Shown in pieces: positions 36,132 through 45,847 of a stretch of 64,000 nt of DNA. A program made the translations under genes and the position numbers. Each line of letters begins with the position of its first letter. The first letter of the stretch is position 1. The stretch covers positions 62,001-126,000 of IMG/VR virus record IMGVR_UViG_3300020473_000013; one strand, given 5' to 3'. The notes beneath the pieces were generated by a model. The model worked only from the letters and a program-made list of their open reading frames with translations, did no database searches and was not told where the DNA came from.

Positions 36132-36524
36132 TTAGTCGTCCCAGTCGTCGTCATCGTCATCGTCCTCGTCCTCGTCCTCATCGTCCTCGTCGTCGTCCTC
36201 TTCATCATCGTCGTCGTCGGAGTCGTCGTCGTCCTCGTCGTCGTCGTCGTCGTCGTCGTCGTCCTCGTCGTCGTCGTCGTCCTCGTCATCATCGTCGTCG
36301 TCGGAGTCGGAATCATCATCCTCGTCCTCGTCGTCCTCGTCGTCCTCGTCGTCCTCGTCTTCGTCGTCCTCCGGCTCCTCATCCTCACCGGACTTCTCAC
36401 TCACGAGGTCGATCAGCGTTTCGAGGGTGTGGTTCTTCTCCTGAGCCTCGACCAGGAAGGTCAGGAAAGCAGTGCCGAAAAGGGCTTCGAGGTCGAGGGG
36501 TTGCGGCTTCTTGGACTTGGCCAT
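36132..36524 (-). CDS. Extremely acidic protein (C-terminal ~80 aa nearly all D/E)
   Basis: Start MAKSKK (RBS AGGA); ends DDDDDDDWDD. Confidence 0.75.
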   Translation of the reverse strand: MAKSKKPQPLDLEALFGTAFLTFLVEAQEKNHTLETLIDLVSEKSGEDEEPEDDEDEDDEDDEDDEDEDDDSDSDDDDDDEDDDDDEDDDDDDDDDEDDDDSDDDDDEEDDDEDDEDEDEDDDDDDDWDD

Positions 36525-36627
36525 TACTGTATATCCTTTCGGTTGTTGCGTAGTGAGGTTGGGGGTGTTGCTAACAGTCGTCTCGTTGCGACTGCTCAAT
36601 CTTTACACTTTCACGAAACTGCTGGCG

Positions 36628-37335
36628 TCAGAGGTCTTCGTCGTCGAGGTCTTCGTCGTCTTCGTCCTCGTCCTCGTCCTCCTCATCTTCATCTTCATCT
36701 TCGTCTTCATCCTCGTCGTCCTCATCCTCATCGGAATCGTCGTCGAGGTCCTCATCTTCGTCCTCGTCCTCGTCCTCGTCTTCGTCGTCGAAGTCCTCAT
36801 CTTCCTCGTCATCGACAGGAGCGGGAGCAGGCTTGGACTTCTTACCCTTCTTACCCTTGGCCGGCTTGGCGGCGCGCTGAGCCTTGTCGTCCTCATCGGC
36901 GAAGACTTCGATCTTGATGGCATCGTTCGGATAAATGCAGGTGATCTCGCCAGTGACGTAATCCTTGATCTTGAGGACGCCGGTTTGAGCATCGCGCTTG
37001 ATGAAGCCTTTGAGGCTGTACATCAGGTCGTCGCGCAGCACGGTGACACTGGAAGGTTCGCCCGGGCGGCCGAATACCTTAACCACGTCGCGAACCATGA
37101 AAGTGCTGAGGCGAGTCTTCTTGGAGCCGTTCGTTTTCTTGTGGCGGAAAACGACGCCGGATTCATCTTGGCTGACCAGAAAGCCATTGAGCGTGACAGG
37201 TACGCGGCTGGCGTAAACATTGACAACGTGCACCGCTTGATCAACCGCCATACCAACGCCAGGCTTGATACCGCGCAGACGACGATTGATCTTGTCGGTC
37301 TGCGACAGGCGTTTGTTGGTCTTCGGCTTGGCCAT
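36628..37335 (-). CDS. Hypothetical protein, basic beta-rich core plus poly-D/E tail
   Basis: RBS GGAG; CTGTAAAGA at 37376-37384. Confidence 0.75.
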   Translation of the reverse strand: MAKPKTNKRLSQTDKINRRLRGIKPGVGMAVDQAVHVVNVYASRVPVTLNGFLVSQDESGVVFRHKKTNGSKKTRLSTFMVRDVVKVFGRPGEPSSVTVLRDDLMYSLKGFIKRDAQTGVLKIKDYVTGEITCIYPNDAIKIEVFADEDDKAQRAAKPAKGKKGKKSKPAPAPVDDEEDEDFDDEDEDEDEDEDEDLDDDSDEDEDDEDEDEDEDEDEEDEDEDEDDEDLDDEDL

Positions 37336-37448
37336 TTGTATCTCCAGATAAAATGCTGCCCGATGTTCTGAGCAATCTTTACAGTTTCAGAGCTGTCTAG
37401 GTGCGGGGCGGCAGAATAACTACCGCCCGTGCTACCCGTTATTTACAG

Positions 37449-38639
37449 TTACAGGAGGAGCAGTGCGTCGCCGCCGTTGGTCAGGAGCATACGCTCGGCA
37501 TCCTGAGCGGTGTTGCCTGCCGGGAACAGGCGATAGAGGTCGTGGCCCAGATCAGTCGCACACTTGCGCAGGTAGGTACCAGACACGATCACCGCTTCAC
37601 TCTCCTCAGTGGCGAAGCTCTGGAAGACGTTCAGGAGCGATTCGTCCAGAATGTCCTCGGTGTTGAAAGCCAGAGACAGGCGGAAGTCGTCGTCACCAAG
37701 GCCGGCTTCGCGGGCGTAGTTGTTGACGATCTTCTGCATAGAGGACAGAGGCTTGAGCATGGACTGCGCGTTGGCCAAGATCGGCATGTTGACATTGACA
37801 GCCACGGTCGGACGCAGGATCACGGTACCATCCTCGCTGTCGGTGTCATACACCGGCCATGTCACCACAGAGAAAGACTGTTCTGCGGGAACAGTGACGA
37901 CGTGAGAGGTCGGACCAGAAACATCGTTCTCGGTTACGCCGATGTCGTCGATGTTCTCGTCCTCGTCAGCTTCTTCCTCCTCTTCCTCTTCCTCTTCAGG
38001 GGCGGAAACGAATGAGAACTTCGGACGGTGCGGGTCATCGAAGACGCCGTACATCAGCTCACGGGCGCGACCGTCGAGGTAGGACATCAGCTCGTTGACG
38101 CGATCCTCGATGCCATCCGCAGGACCGAACAGCATGGCTTCGTCACGGCTGTGACCGACGAAGGATGCCAAGTCGGCGAGACCCGAGCGAAGCAGGCCAT
38201 ACGGGTTGCGCTCGCTGCCGTTACCTTTACGCATCGGGCTTGCGACACTGTAGTGGGAGCCGTTGATTTCCACCACTTCCGGTACGCCGTCGGCGAGAGA
38301 AGGAGTGACGTTCAGCATGATGCGCGGCTCGATGCGAAGACGGACGGCGCCACTACCTGCGAGAAGTTCGCCGAACGTGGGAGCCAGCTCGTTCTCCTCG
38401 ATGGTCTCGTCCTGCTCCTCGGTATCTTCGGACGGCTCATCGTCTTCGACTTCCGGATCGTCAGAAGCGATGGGCTCCTCGCCCATGTCTTCGTCACCCA
38501 TGTCTTGCACGTCTTCGATGTTGGCTTCGGGCTCGCTGGCTTCGTTCTCGCCAACGACGTTACCCTTCTGGACGGTCTGATCGTCGGCTTCGCCGATGAT
38601 GTCGCGAGCAGAACGCGATTCGTGTTCACGATTGGACAT
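37449..38639 (-). CDS. Acidic hypothetical protein
   Basis: Start MSNREH (RBS GGAG/AAGGAA). Confidence 0.7.
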   Translation of the reverse strand: MSNREHESRSARDIIGEADDQTVQKGNVVGENEASEPEANIEDVQDMGDEDMGEEPIASDDPEVEDDEPSEDTEEQDETIEENELAPTFGELLAGSGAVRLRIEPRIMLNVTPSLADGVPEVVEINGSHYSVASPMRKGNGSERNPYGLLRSGLADLASFVGHSRDEAMLFGPADGIEDRVNELMSYLDGRARELMYGVFDDPHRPKFSFVSAPEEEEEEEEEADEDENIDDIGVTENDVSGPTSHVVTVPAEQSFSVVTWPVYDTDSEDGTVILRPTVAVNVNMPILANAQSMLKPLSSMQKIVNNYAREAGLGDDDFRLSLAFNTEDILDESLLNVFQSFATEESEAVIVSGTYLRKCATDLGHDLYRLFPAGNTAQDAERMLLTNGGDALLLL

Positions 38640-38730
38640 TTTCCTTTCTCCTTTACTTTCGCTTTGAGAGATCATCTGCTGGCGGAGCATACCTGAGCGG
38701 CTTACCACTCGGTCACACATGGTACACCTC

Positions 38731-40251
38731 CTAGTTGGCAGCCACTAGATAGACCGGCAACTTCTGAGGCTTCTTTACACTTCCCATTTCCACAGGACGT
38801 GCGATGATGCCGGACACGTTGAAGTCGGGATACTTCTCCGACAGTTTCTTCATTGCCGAACGATAGGTCTTCGGCGTGAAGGCTTTCTTGCCTGAAGGCC
38901 TGAGAACGAAATAATCCCCAAGCAGGCTTGTGTTGGTCACAGTAAAACCAATACCCATAAGGTGCTGGTCGATATGCTGACCCACAGGCACGGGCACGGT
39001 CTTGCCTTTCTTTCCGTAGTAAATGTCGGTAGCGATGAAACGGAAAAGATTCTCAGGATACTTAGCTTCCTGTCGACCGCGATACTGCGCGTTCATGGAC
39101 TCCATGGCCTTGAGGCGCTGTTTGTATGAGGCGATCTGTGTCTCGATAGAGCCTTCGGCGGTGCCTTTCTTGATCTGGGCCCCAAACTTCTTGAGGGCTT
39201 TCAAGTCACTTCGGAGTCGTGCTTTAGTCTCGATGTCGCCTTTACGCTTAGCGCGGCGGAACTCCTTACCTTTGGCGTCGAACTCCTCTTTCAGGAGAGC
39301 ATACTCCGACCCGTCACGTACACGCTCCAGCCGAGCCTTAGCCTCTTTCATGAGGTCGTTTACGGAGTTGTACTCCGGATGGTCTATGACCTTCTTACGT
39401 TCCACATCGAGCGTTTCAAGGAACACGGATAGGAGGTCCGATGTAGTGCGCGCTTCGGGGTGGACCTTACGAACAAACTTTTTCTTGCTATTCGGGACAG
39501 CCAGCGTACCGGCGACCACGAAATAGCTAGGCGGGAACTCGAAGTAATCATCCATGTGCGCAACATAGTTGGGCTGCATGATCTTCTTGTGTTCCGGTTT
39601 CTCGCATCCGTGAGAGCCAATATAGTTCGGCAGGTTCAGCTTGTTGGCAATCTCCAGCGCTACCCTTTCACCGTGAATACCTCCTACGCGAACGTCGTAC
39701 AGGTAACACCGACTTTTATCTCCTACCTGCTTAACGCGATAGATGGCGTACAAGCGAAGCCCTGCAATCAAAGGGGATAGGAGGTAGGTATCGTTCGGTA
39801 CGTCGCCTGGCTCCACTCGACGAAACTTCGGAATCATCGAGTTATAGATGCTCTCCACCTTACCTGGATACGAGTAATCGGAGTCGGGCAGGCGCTTCAG
39901 GTCTTTATCCAGAGCAGCAGTCGCCTGCTCGAAGTCGAGAGGACCTGTCTCCACAAGAGCAAAGTTTGCCCAGGACATGGCGTGAGCCTGATCTTCGGGA
40001 ACACCAAGTCCTACGGTGTACATCATCGACAGCGTGAGCATGTCGTTTAGGTTGCCGCCTTTCGCCCCGGAGGCGATTCGCTTCACCGTGGTGTTGGGGA
40101 TACGCGGCATGATATTCAATGTCTCCTTCCCAGAAGCAAGCTCCAACGGCATATCTAGCACCGTTTCCGGGTACGGCGACTTGACCTTTATGCTGTCCGG
40201 ATACTGCACGAACAGCCTGTTGAACAGAGTGGCAATGGCTTCATTTGGCAT
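38731..40251 (-). CDS. NAD-dependent DNA ligase adenylation-domain-like protein lacking the catalytic KxDG, with a Sel1-like repeat
   Basis: LSPLIAGL (vs EPKIDGL), GGIHGERV, VAGTLAVP, FRFIATDI, LMGIGF, VSGIIAR appear in ligase motif order; LSMMYTVGLGVPEDQAHAMSW is Sel1-like. Confidence 0.5.
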   Translation of the reverse strand: MPNEAIATLFNRLFVQYPDSIKVKSPYPETVLDMPLELASGKETLNIMPRIPNTTVKRIASGAKGGNLNDMLTLSMMYTVGLGVPEDQAHAMSWANFALVETGPLDFEQATAALDKDLKRLPDSDYSYPGKVESIYNSMIPKFRRVEPGDVPNDTYLLSPLIAGLRLYAIYRVKQVGDKSRCYLYDVRVGGIHGERVALEIANKLNLPNYIGSHGCEKPEHKKIMQPNYVAHMDDYFEFPPSYFVVAGTLAVPNSKKKFVRKVHPEARTTSDLLSVFLETLDVERKKVIDHPEYNSVNDLMKEAKARLERVRDGSEYALLKEEFDAKGKEFRRAKRKGDIETKARLRSDLKALKKFGAQIKKGTAEGSIETQIASYKQRLKAMESMNAQYRGRQEAKYPENLFRFIATDIYYGKKGKTVPVPVGQHIDQHLMGIGFTVTNTSLLGDYFVLRPSGKKAFTPKTYRSAMKKLSEKYPDFNVSGIIARPVEMGSVKKPQKLPVYLVAAN

Positions 40252-40651
40252 AAGCGGGTTCTACCGTGGAGAGGAGGTGCTTCACCTGATCTATTGCCGA
40301 CGTGTGCGCACCTTCGATAGAGAGGTTGGCCTCGTCGTCCTTCACCGTCTTCTGGGTGATGCCGAGGAAAAGTTGCGCGTCCATGATGCAGATGTCGCAG
40401 GCCTCAAACATCGTTGTGGGAAACGCGATGACACTAGCTCCAGACTGAATGAGCTTGGTGTTAAGCTCATCGAAGAAAGAGGCCGGAATGTCATCGGCCT
40501 CTACACGACACGTAGGGGCCTCGATAGCGAGGGCGCCCGAAATGAGGATAGGTTGGGGATTATCCTCATCGGTGCGTCCTGCCATTTCTCCATCGGTCAG
40601 AGCCACGTACCGTTTGATGAAGGTGTCGGTGTTGCAAAGGGGCGTCGTCAT
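40241..40651 (-). CDS. Hypothetical protein, possible BRCT-like domain
   Basis: ILISGAL...DELNTKLIQSGASV...CDICIM pattern; start MTTPLC (RBS GGAG). Confidence 0.5.
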   Translation of the reverse strand: MTTPLCNTDTFIKRYVALTDGEMAGRTDEDNPQPILISGALAIEAPTCRVEADDIPASFFDELNTKLIQSGASVIAFPTTMFEACDICIMDAQLFLGITQKTVKDDEANLSIEGAHTSAIDQVKHLLSTVEPAYAK

Positions 40652-40744
40652 ACAATGTCTCCACAGTAGAGCCTCGAAAGGCTGTTTGATCGAAGTTCGA
40701 TGCGGCGAGGGGAACAAGTAGGCTCCCCTCGCGCGGTTCTGCCG

Positions 40745-41260
40745 TTATACCAGTGCAGCGTCCTTGAGCTTCTTCATAGGACGAACCTTGATCTTGGTGG
40801 TGGCGGGCTTCGGCTTGGTGACGATCTCCTTGCCAAAGGACATCTTCGTTTCGCCGCCTTTCTTGGCCGGAATGTGCTTGGTCACGACCTTGAGCAGTCC
40901 CGGAATCATGAACTCGCCGAGACCCTTCTTGCGGATGGACGCGAGCATGGTAGTCTCCAGAGCTTCCATGACCTTCTTGACATCCTTCTTGTCGAGTTCG
41001 GTCTCGTCAGCCAGATGCTGGATGAGCTGAGTCTTGGTCAGCTTCTCCTTCATCGGCTTCGGCAGGTGAGAGGTATCCGGCTTGGCCGCCTTGCCTTTCT
41101 TCGTGCTACCCTTCTTCGCGGAAGCCTTGGCTTTGGTAGCCTTGGTAGCCTTCGAGGCCTTCTTCTCAGACGCCTTGGTCTTGGCAGTCTTCTTGGTGGT
41201 CTTCACGTCCTCGTCCTTCTTGGAACGAGTCTTCTTGGTCTTGGTGGTCTTGGTAGCCAT
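40745..41260 (-). CDS. HU/IHF-family DNA-binding protein with Lys/Thr/Ala-rich N-terminal extension
   Basis: LTKTQLIQHLAD.TEL.KKDV..V..AL.......I......F.IPGL.K......PA..G.......I..K.KPA...IK.RP.K.LKDA. Confidence 0.88.
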   Translation of the reverse strand: MATKTTKTKKTRSKKDEDVKTTKKTAKTKASEKKASKATKATKAKASAKKGSTKKGKAAKPDTSHLPKPMKEKLTKTQLIQHLADETELDKKDVKKVMEALETTMLASIRKKGLGEFMIPGLLKVVTKHIPAKKGGETKMSFGKEIVTKPKPATTKIKVRPMKKLKDAALV

Positions 41261-41304
41261 GATGTTACTCCTGAGGATTCAATAGTACAGTAGCGTACGG
41301 GTTA

Positions 41305-41313
41305 TATTTACAG
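41305..41313 (-). promoter_or_regulatory. Putative phage-specific promoter CTGTAAATA
   Basis: Recurrent motif 45 bp upstream of the HU start. Confidence 0.55.
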
Positions 41314-41320
41314 TGGAAGG

Positions 41321-41476
41321 TTATTCTTCCTCGTCGCCGCCCAGAGGTCGGGCAGCGTGGGTGGCCGAAGCCAGGCACTCGTCGTCACAGTAGACGTTAC
41401 CGTCGTTATCAACCACCAGATCGACTTCGCGGTAATCGCCACAGTTGTTGCAGTAGCCAGAGTCGATGTCATCCAT
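41321..41476 (-). CDS. Small Cys4 zinc-finger-like protein (51 aa, not in ORF track)
   Basis: MDDIDSGYCNNCGDYREVDLVVDNDGNVYCDDECLAS...; coupled to upstream TGA; RBS GGAG. Confidence 0.6.
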   Translation of the reverse strand: MDDIDSGYCNNCGDYREVDLVVDNDGNVYCDDECLASATHAARPLGGDEEE

Positions 41477-41727
41477 CACGGGCACTCCAAACTTTTCACG
41501 ATGTGCCGTACGGCATTCAACGTATCACGCACATAGTGGTCAGTTATGTGAAGTTTGGGAGGGGAGCGAGTAAGCGCTATCAGCGCCTCCTCCAGTCGAG
41601 GTATCTCAGGCTTCAATGCCTTGAGAACGGATACGCGGAGTCGGTGAAGTTTATCCTCATACCTGACACTCAGCGTCTCGCTTCGATCTCGCTCCTGCTC
41701 CAGCAAACATTTCAGGTCGTCTGACAT
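41476..41727 (-). CDS. Hypothetical protein
   Basis: ORF in operon. Confidence 0.55.
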   Translation of the reverse strand: MSDDLKCLLEQERDRSETLSVRYEDKLHRLRVSVLKALKPEIPRLEEALIALTRSPPKLHITDHYVRDTLNAVRHIVKSLECP

Positions 41728-41769
41728 CGAGCCTGCCGCAACAGGCTCGTGGTCGGAAAGGTTCGACTT

Positions 41770-43323
41770 TCAGAGTTCGTCGTCGAAGTCGTCGAAGTCG
41801 TCGTCCTCTTCATCTTCCTCAGAGTCCTCGTCCTCGTCGTCCTCGTCGTCCTCTTCATCTTCCTCAGAGTCATCGTCATCCTCTTCGGAATCGTCGTCCT
41901 CGTCATCCTCCTCAGAGTCATCGTCGTCCTCTTCGGTGTCTTCGAGGTCGTCTTCGTCGTCCTCTTCCTCGTCGAAGTCTTCCTCCTCATCGTCGTCGGA
42001 GTCGTCTTCTTCGGAATCGTCGTCCTCTTCCTCGTCGTCGAAGTCTTCCTCGTCCTCGCCTTCATCACCTTCATCGCTGTCGGCGTCTTCGGGCTCCGGC
42101 TCCTCGTCGTCGAGAATCTCCATGCGGACGACCTTGGCAACGGACACCAGCTTCACGGACTCGCTGTCTGTCAGGTAAAGCATAATCTTGGACTTAGCGT
42201 CGGAGAAGCCGATGACAATAGCTTCCTCTCCCTCGTAGTCCAGCTTGGTGCCGATCTCCACTTCGTCCCCGAGCTTGGGCTCGATGACGGACTCAAAGTT
42301 TGCATCCCAGGCCGCGGTGATTTTCTCCAGCTTGGAATCGCTAACGACGCTTTCGTCCACGAAGTTGCGCAGCATGTCGATGCGAGTCTCGCCACTCGAA
42401 CCCTTGTCGGAGGAGGTGGCCTTCTGCTCGGCGTCCTCCATGTCGGCAGCGTAAGCCTCGATGTCCTCATCGGAAGCGTTAGTCGGGAGCAGGCCGATCT
42501 GCATAGTCAGGCGCTCGTCATTGAACACACCGCCAACGCAAGCTACGGTGAAGTTGTGCCCAGTAGACTTGCGAATGAAGTCGGACACATGCTCACCCAG
42601 AGCAGCCTCGACGGAGCGCGCCAGCTCCTCAGTGATGGACTTGACCGGCTTGGCTTTCACGCTGCCAGATTTCTTGGTCGACTTCTTGCTCTTGGCCGGA
42701 GCTTCTTCCTTCTGAGCAGCAGCCTTCTTACCGCGGCGCGGGACCTTGCTACCTTTCTCGCTAGCGTCTTCGCTGGACTTCTTACCGCGACGCTGACGCT
42801 TCGGCTTGGCTTCTTCCTGCTCAGCCTTCTTGGAGCTGGACTTCTTGGAGCTGGCAGACTTTCCGGTGCTCTTGCCTGTAGACTTCTTACCGGAAGTCTT
42901 CTTGGTGCCTTTCTTGCCGATGTTGTCGACCATCTCGCGGAGTTCGTCGATGCCTACGCCTTTGGCATCGGCACGGACCCGGAAGACTTCGGCGTTGACC
43001 AGTTCAGATACGAGTTCACGACGGCCCATGTTAGCGCTGTTGGTTGCTTTCTTTGCCACGGTGGATGTTCCTTTTTCAGATTGCTTGGAAGTGTTGGACC
43101 CGCGCTTGCGAGTAGTGGAGCTGGTCTTCGGGGTTGCGCCGCTGCCGTCGCCGTCGAGTTCGACGAGGCCGCGTCCCTTCTTACCGATGTTGCTGGGTTT
43201 GATCTTGGTGCCGCCTTCCGTCTTGTAACCAGTCTTCATCACCTTGACGATACGCTCTTTGGTACCGTCCAGGAGGGTGATGCGCTTGCCTTCGAAGGTC
43301 GGGTCGGTTTTGGTGACAGCCAT
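41770..43323 (-). CDS. Large charge-segregated protein (Lys/Ser-rich half, folded middle, poly-D/E tail)
   Basis: RBS AGGAG; ends DDFDDFDDEL; preceded by a promoter cassette. Confidence 0.8.
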   Translation of the reverse strand: MAVTKTDPTFEGKRITLLDGTKERIVKVMKTGYKTEGGTKIKPSNIGKKGRGLVELDGDGSGATPKTSSTTRKRGSNTSKQSEKGTSTVAKKATNSANMGRRELVSELVNAEVFRVRADAKGVGIDELREMVDNIGKKGTKKTSGKKSTGKSTGKSASSKKSSSKKAEQEEAKPKRQRRGKKSSEDASEKGSKVPRRGKKAAAQKEEAPAKSKKSTKKSGSVKAKPVKSITEELARSVEAALGEHVSDFIRKSTGHNFTVACVGGVFNDERLTMQIGLLPTNASDEDIEAYAADMEDAEQKATSSDKGSSGETRIDMLRNFVDESVVSDSKLEKITAAWDANFESVIEPKLGDEVEIGTKLDYEGEEAIVIGFSDAKSKIMLYLTDSESVKLVSVAKVVRMEILDDEEPEPEDADSDEGDEGEDEEDFDDEEEDDDSEEDDSDDDEEEDFDEEEDDEDDLEDTEEDDDDSEEDDEDDDSEEDDDDSEEDEEDDEDDEDEDSEEDEEDDDFDDFDDEL

Positions 43324-43375
43324 GATGTTACTCCTTGAGGATGATCGTGCGTTCGTTCGTTTACGTGCGCTTTAG

Positions 43376-43450
43376 CGAGCCTTATCAACTGCCGTAACCA
43401 AATTGCTTTGAGCTGGCTCTGGCTTTCGCTACCACATCTTCATTATATCA
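43376..43450 (-). promoter_or_regulatory. Promoter/leader cassette: TTGCAC...TGaTATAAT, 41 bp, TGGTTACGG-N7-TAAGGCTCG
   Basis: Read directly. Confidence 0.75.
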
Positions 43451-43527
43451 AAATCTGGTCAGCGTGCAAAGGCTTTTATCTAGCTTGGTCGATTCGCTTT
43501 CGACCGGAAAAGTTTGCAGCGGATGCG

Positions 43528-43632
43528 CTAGCTGAAAAGCGGTGTGTAGTCAGCGCCGGCTAAGATGAACAGGCCGATGATTGCGACCGCTGCTCCAAAC
43601 TCCTTGATACGTGCGCGCATAGGCGGTGTCAT
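43528..43632 (-). CDS. Small single-pass membrane protein (34 aa, not in ORF track)
   Basis: RBS AGGAGG; MTPPMRARIKEFGAAVAIIGLFILAGADYTPLFS; CTGTAAATA at 43659-43667. Confidence 0.55.
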   Translation of the reverse strand: MTPPMRARIKEFGAAVAIIGLFILAGADYTPLFS

Positions 43633-43661
43633 GAGAACCTCCTGTCGTTTGTGCGATATAT

Positions 43662-44429
43662 TTACAGTTTGATCAGGTGGTCGGCAACGATCAGCGCCGA
43701 CTTGCGAAATTCAGGCTTCGTCTCCACGCTACAGGAGAGGGCCTCAAACTTTCTGTGGTGCTGGGGACCGAACGTCTGCCACATGCGGGCGGCGTTATAC
43801 GGCTCACCAACGTCGCGAGCTACGGTAAGGCGTTCGCCCCGCTCCTGTGTACGGGTTAGCTCGATCACCCGCCCATGCTCACCTACTTGGGAGTCCAGTA
43901 TGGTCTCGAACACGGTCAGGCTAACGCGGATATAGTTGAGCCTGCTCTTGTCCTTCATCAGGATAACGGGGACGTCCACGTAGATGCGGCTGACAGGATG
44001 ATCGACCGTCAGGTAGTACGAATCCAAGCGCAGGGGTAACATTACGCCTGGGCGAATCGGGTGTGGGAACCAGCGAATCAGGTGCGCGAAGTATTGGCGC
44101 AAGTTCGCCTTATCTACCAGAGGGTAGAACGCATTTCCTACAGACTTCGATGGTCTGCCTCCAAACGCAGGCTCGAAAAGGAAGGGCCGTGGAGGGCACT
44201 CGATGTTTGGACTATCCAGCGATGCGATGTGAAATCCGTCAGTGGTGAACGCTGGCTTCACCTTACGCGCTTCCATTTCCTTAAGTAGGGTGTGCGCGGC
44301 ACCTTGGGATTGTGTGACGCCTTCAAGATCGTCAAAGATCGACTGCATTTCCTCAAACGATACAAACTTCCTTAGAACGTCCAGGCCGGCGTCTGCGATG
44401 GTGCGTTCAATCTCTCTGGAGATACTCAT
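43662..44429 (-). CDS. Hypothetical protein
   Basis: Start moved to MSISRE. Confidence 0.6.
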   Translation of the reverse strand: MSISREIERTIADAGLDVLRKFVSFEEMQSIFDDLEGVTQSQGAAHTLLKEMEARKVKPAFTTDGFHIASLDSPNIECPPRPFLFEPAFGGRPSKSVGNAFYPLVDKANLRQYFAHLIRWFPHPIRPGVMLPLRLDSYYLTVDHPVSRIYVDVPVILMKDKSRLNYIRVSLTVFETILDSQVGEHGRVIELTRTQERGERLTVARDVGEPYNAARMWQTFGPQHHRKFEALSCSVETKPEFRKSALIVADHLIKL

Positions 44430-44484
44430 GTGTTTCACCCGAAGTCTGGAAGACGGCGCCCGGATTGACGCCGCCTGTGCTGAC

Positions 44485-44769
44485 TTACAAAGAGGGCCGC
44501 TGCGTATCCGGTTGGACCCTAAGATGGCTGTGACGGTTGGGCATAGGGAATTGAATTGACCCCAATACACACTCAACGGTATGGATCGCAATCGAACGAG
44601 TGGCTCCTGTCATGGGGCACCAAACGTCGAGCATCTGGTCTCTGTTGCCCGTAATGTTTACCGACGTTAGGTTAAGTTCGACGGAGTCAGGTATCCCTCT
44701 AATATTCCTGACTTGCAACCATTTGCCCGCAATGAGGCGCTCGTTCTTGCTCGGCAAAGACTCGACCAT
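44485..44769 (-). CDS. Hypothetical protein
   Basis: ATG immediately after upstream stop. Confidence 0.45.
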   Translation of the reverse strand: MVESLPSKNERLIAGKWLQVRNIRGIPDSVELNLTSVNITGNRDQMLDVWCPMTGATRSIAIHTVECVLGSIQFPMPNRHSHLRVQPDTQRPSL

Positions 44770-44770
44770 T

Positions 44771-45358
44771 TCAGCTCTCCTGAGTATTGCGTCGGGGGTC
44801 GGACAATTCTTCCGGGCGTGTTTTATCCGAGAACAACTGACGTTCCATGTCGGAGTAAAGACGCTCCTTGCGAGCCTGAACAGAAAGCTCCAGTTGGCAA
44901 AGTTCGCGATAGTTCATCATACCAACGAGGCGTTCGGCCATTTCGTTCTTGTGCTTGTCCAGCTTCTCATACGCGGAAGTGTTCTCCGCGTTGCGGCGCA
45001 TATTCTCCACATCTGGAATGTCTGTGCGGATCGCCATGCCTACACGGTACCCGTATGCTGCGCGTCCCGTGCTGCAACGCGGGCTGATACGCTTGGTGGT
45101 ACGACGCACCTGATCGAGATTGCGCGAGTAAGAGGTGCTGAGTGCGAGCGACGTTGCGGCGATTACCTCGTTGAGGTCGTCGCGGTCGATCGTGGTCAGG
45201 TCAACGCCGAGCGCGGTAATCATGCGGCTAGCCACGTCGGTGGCGGTAAAGAAAGCGGCGTTGTCGCACGCTACCATGGAACCAAGTGTGGACACGGCGC
45301 GAGCGCGAATGCGGTCGAACAGAGGAGCGAGACGTTGATCTTTAACGCGGTTTGTCAT
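44771..45358 (-). CDS. Hypothetical protein
   Basis: RBS GGAG. Confidence 0.65.
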   Translation of the reverse strand: MTNRVKDQRLAPLFDRIRARAVSTLGSMVACDNAAFFTATDVASRMITALGVDLTTIDRDDLNEVIAATSLALSTSYSRNLDQVRRTTKRISPRCSTGRAAYGYRVGMAIRTDIPDVENMRRNAENTSAYEKLDKHKNEMAERLVGMMNYRELCQLELSVQARKERLYSDMERQLFSDKTRPEELSDPRRNTQES

Positions 45359-45424
45359 TCTTAATCTCCAATAGGCAATGTTTGCAGTTGAGCGGCGGGG
45401 CGATATGCCCCGCCCGCTATCGCG

Positions 45425-45724
45425 CTAGCCGTAAGCGAAACGGTAGCGCTGGCCTTCCTTCTCAAGGGTGATGCCCCGTATCAGGGGACCGAAAGAATCA
45501 CCCTCGATGGTGAACCAGCCGGCTACTGGCTCGTAGCCGTTCTGGCGGAAGATCGGAAGAACCTCTTCCTCCCACTCATCGTAGTCCTTGGTCAACGGAG
45601 GAAGGCCGTTACGCTGGCGCGCCTCGTTGATGTAGGACCGGGCGCTCGGGGTCATGCAGAACCCAGCCTCCTCAGAGGTGGTAAGGCCCGGAACGTCGTC
45701 GATGCCGATTTCCTGAATGCTCAT
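45425..45724 (-). CDS. Hypothetical protein
   Basis: RBS GGGAG after a cassette. Confidence 0.65.
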   Translation of the reverse strand: MSIQEIGIDDVPGLTTSEEAGFCMTPSARSYINEARQRNGLPPLTKDYDEWEEEVLPIFRQNGYEPVAGWFTIEGDSFGPLIRGITLEKEGQRYRFAYG

Positions 45725-45747
45725 GCGCTGATTCTCCCGTCGATTGT

Positions 45748-45822
45748 TGAACCTGAACAGTAGCCGTTACCACATTGTTTCGAGCTGGCTCAGGTCTTCG
45801 CTGCCACAACTTCATTATATCA
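45748..45822 (-). promoter_or_regulatory. Promoter/leader cassette: TGaTATAAT, 41 bp, TGGTAACGG-N7-TCAGGTTCA
   Basis: Read directly; 32 bp (45764-45795) identical to 46265-46296. Confidence 0.8.
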
Positions 45823-45847
45823 AAATTCGGCGATCAGCGCACGGTCT

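Noticed and set aside
36140-36370. Possible CRISPR or tandem repeat array in TCG/TCA-rich tracts
   Set aside because: Trinucleotide low complexity encoding poly-Asp/Glu; no repeat-spacer periodicity
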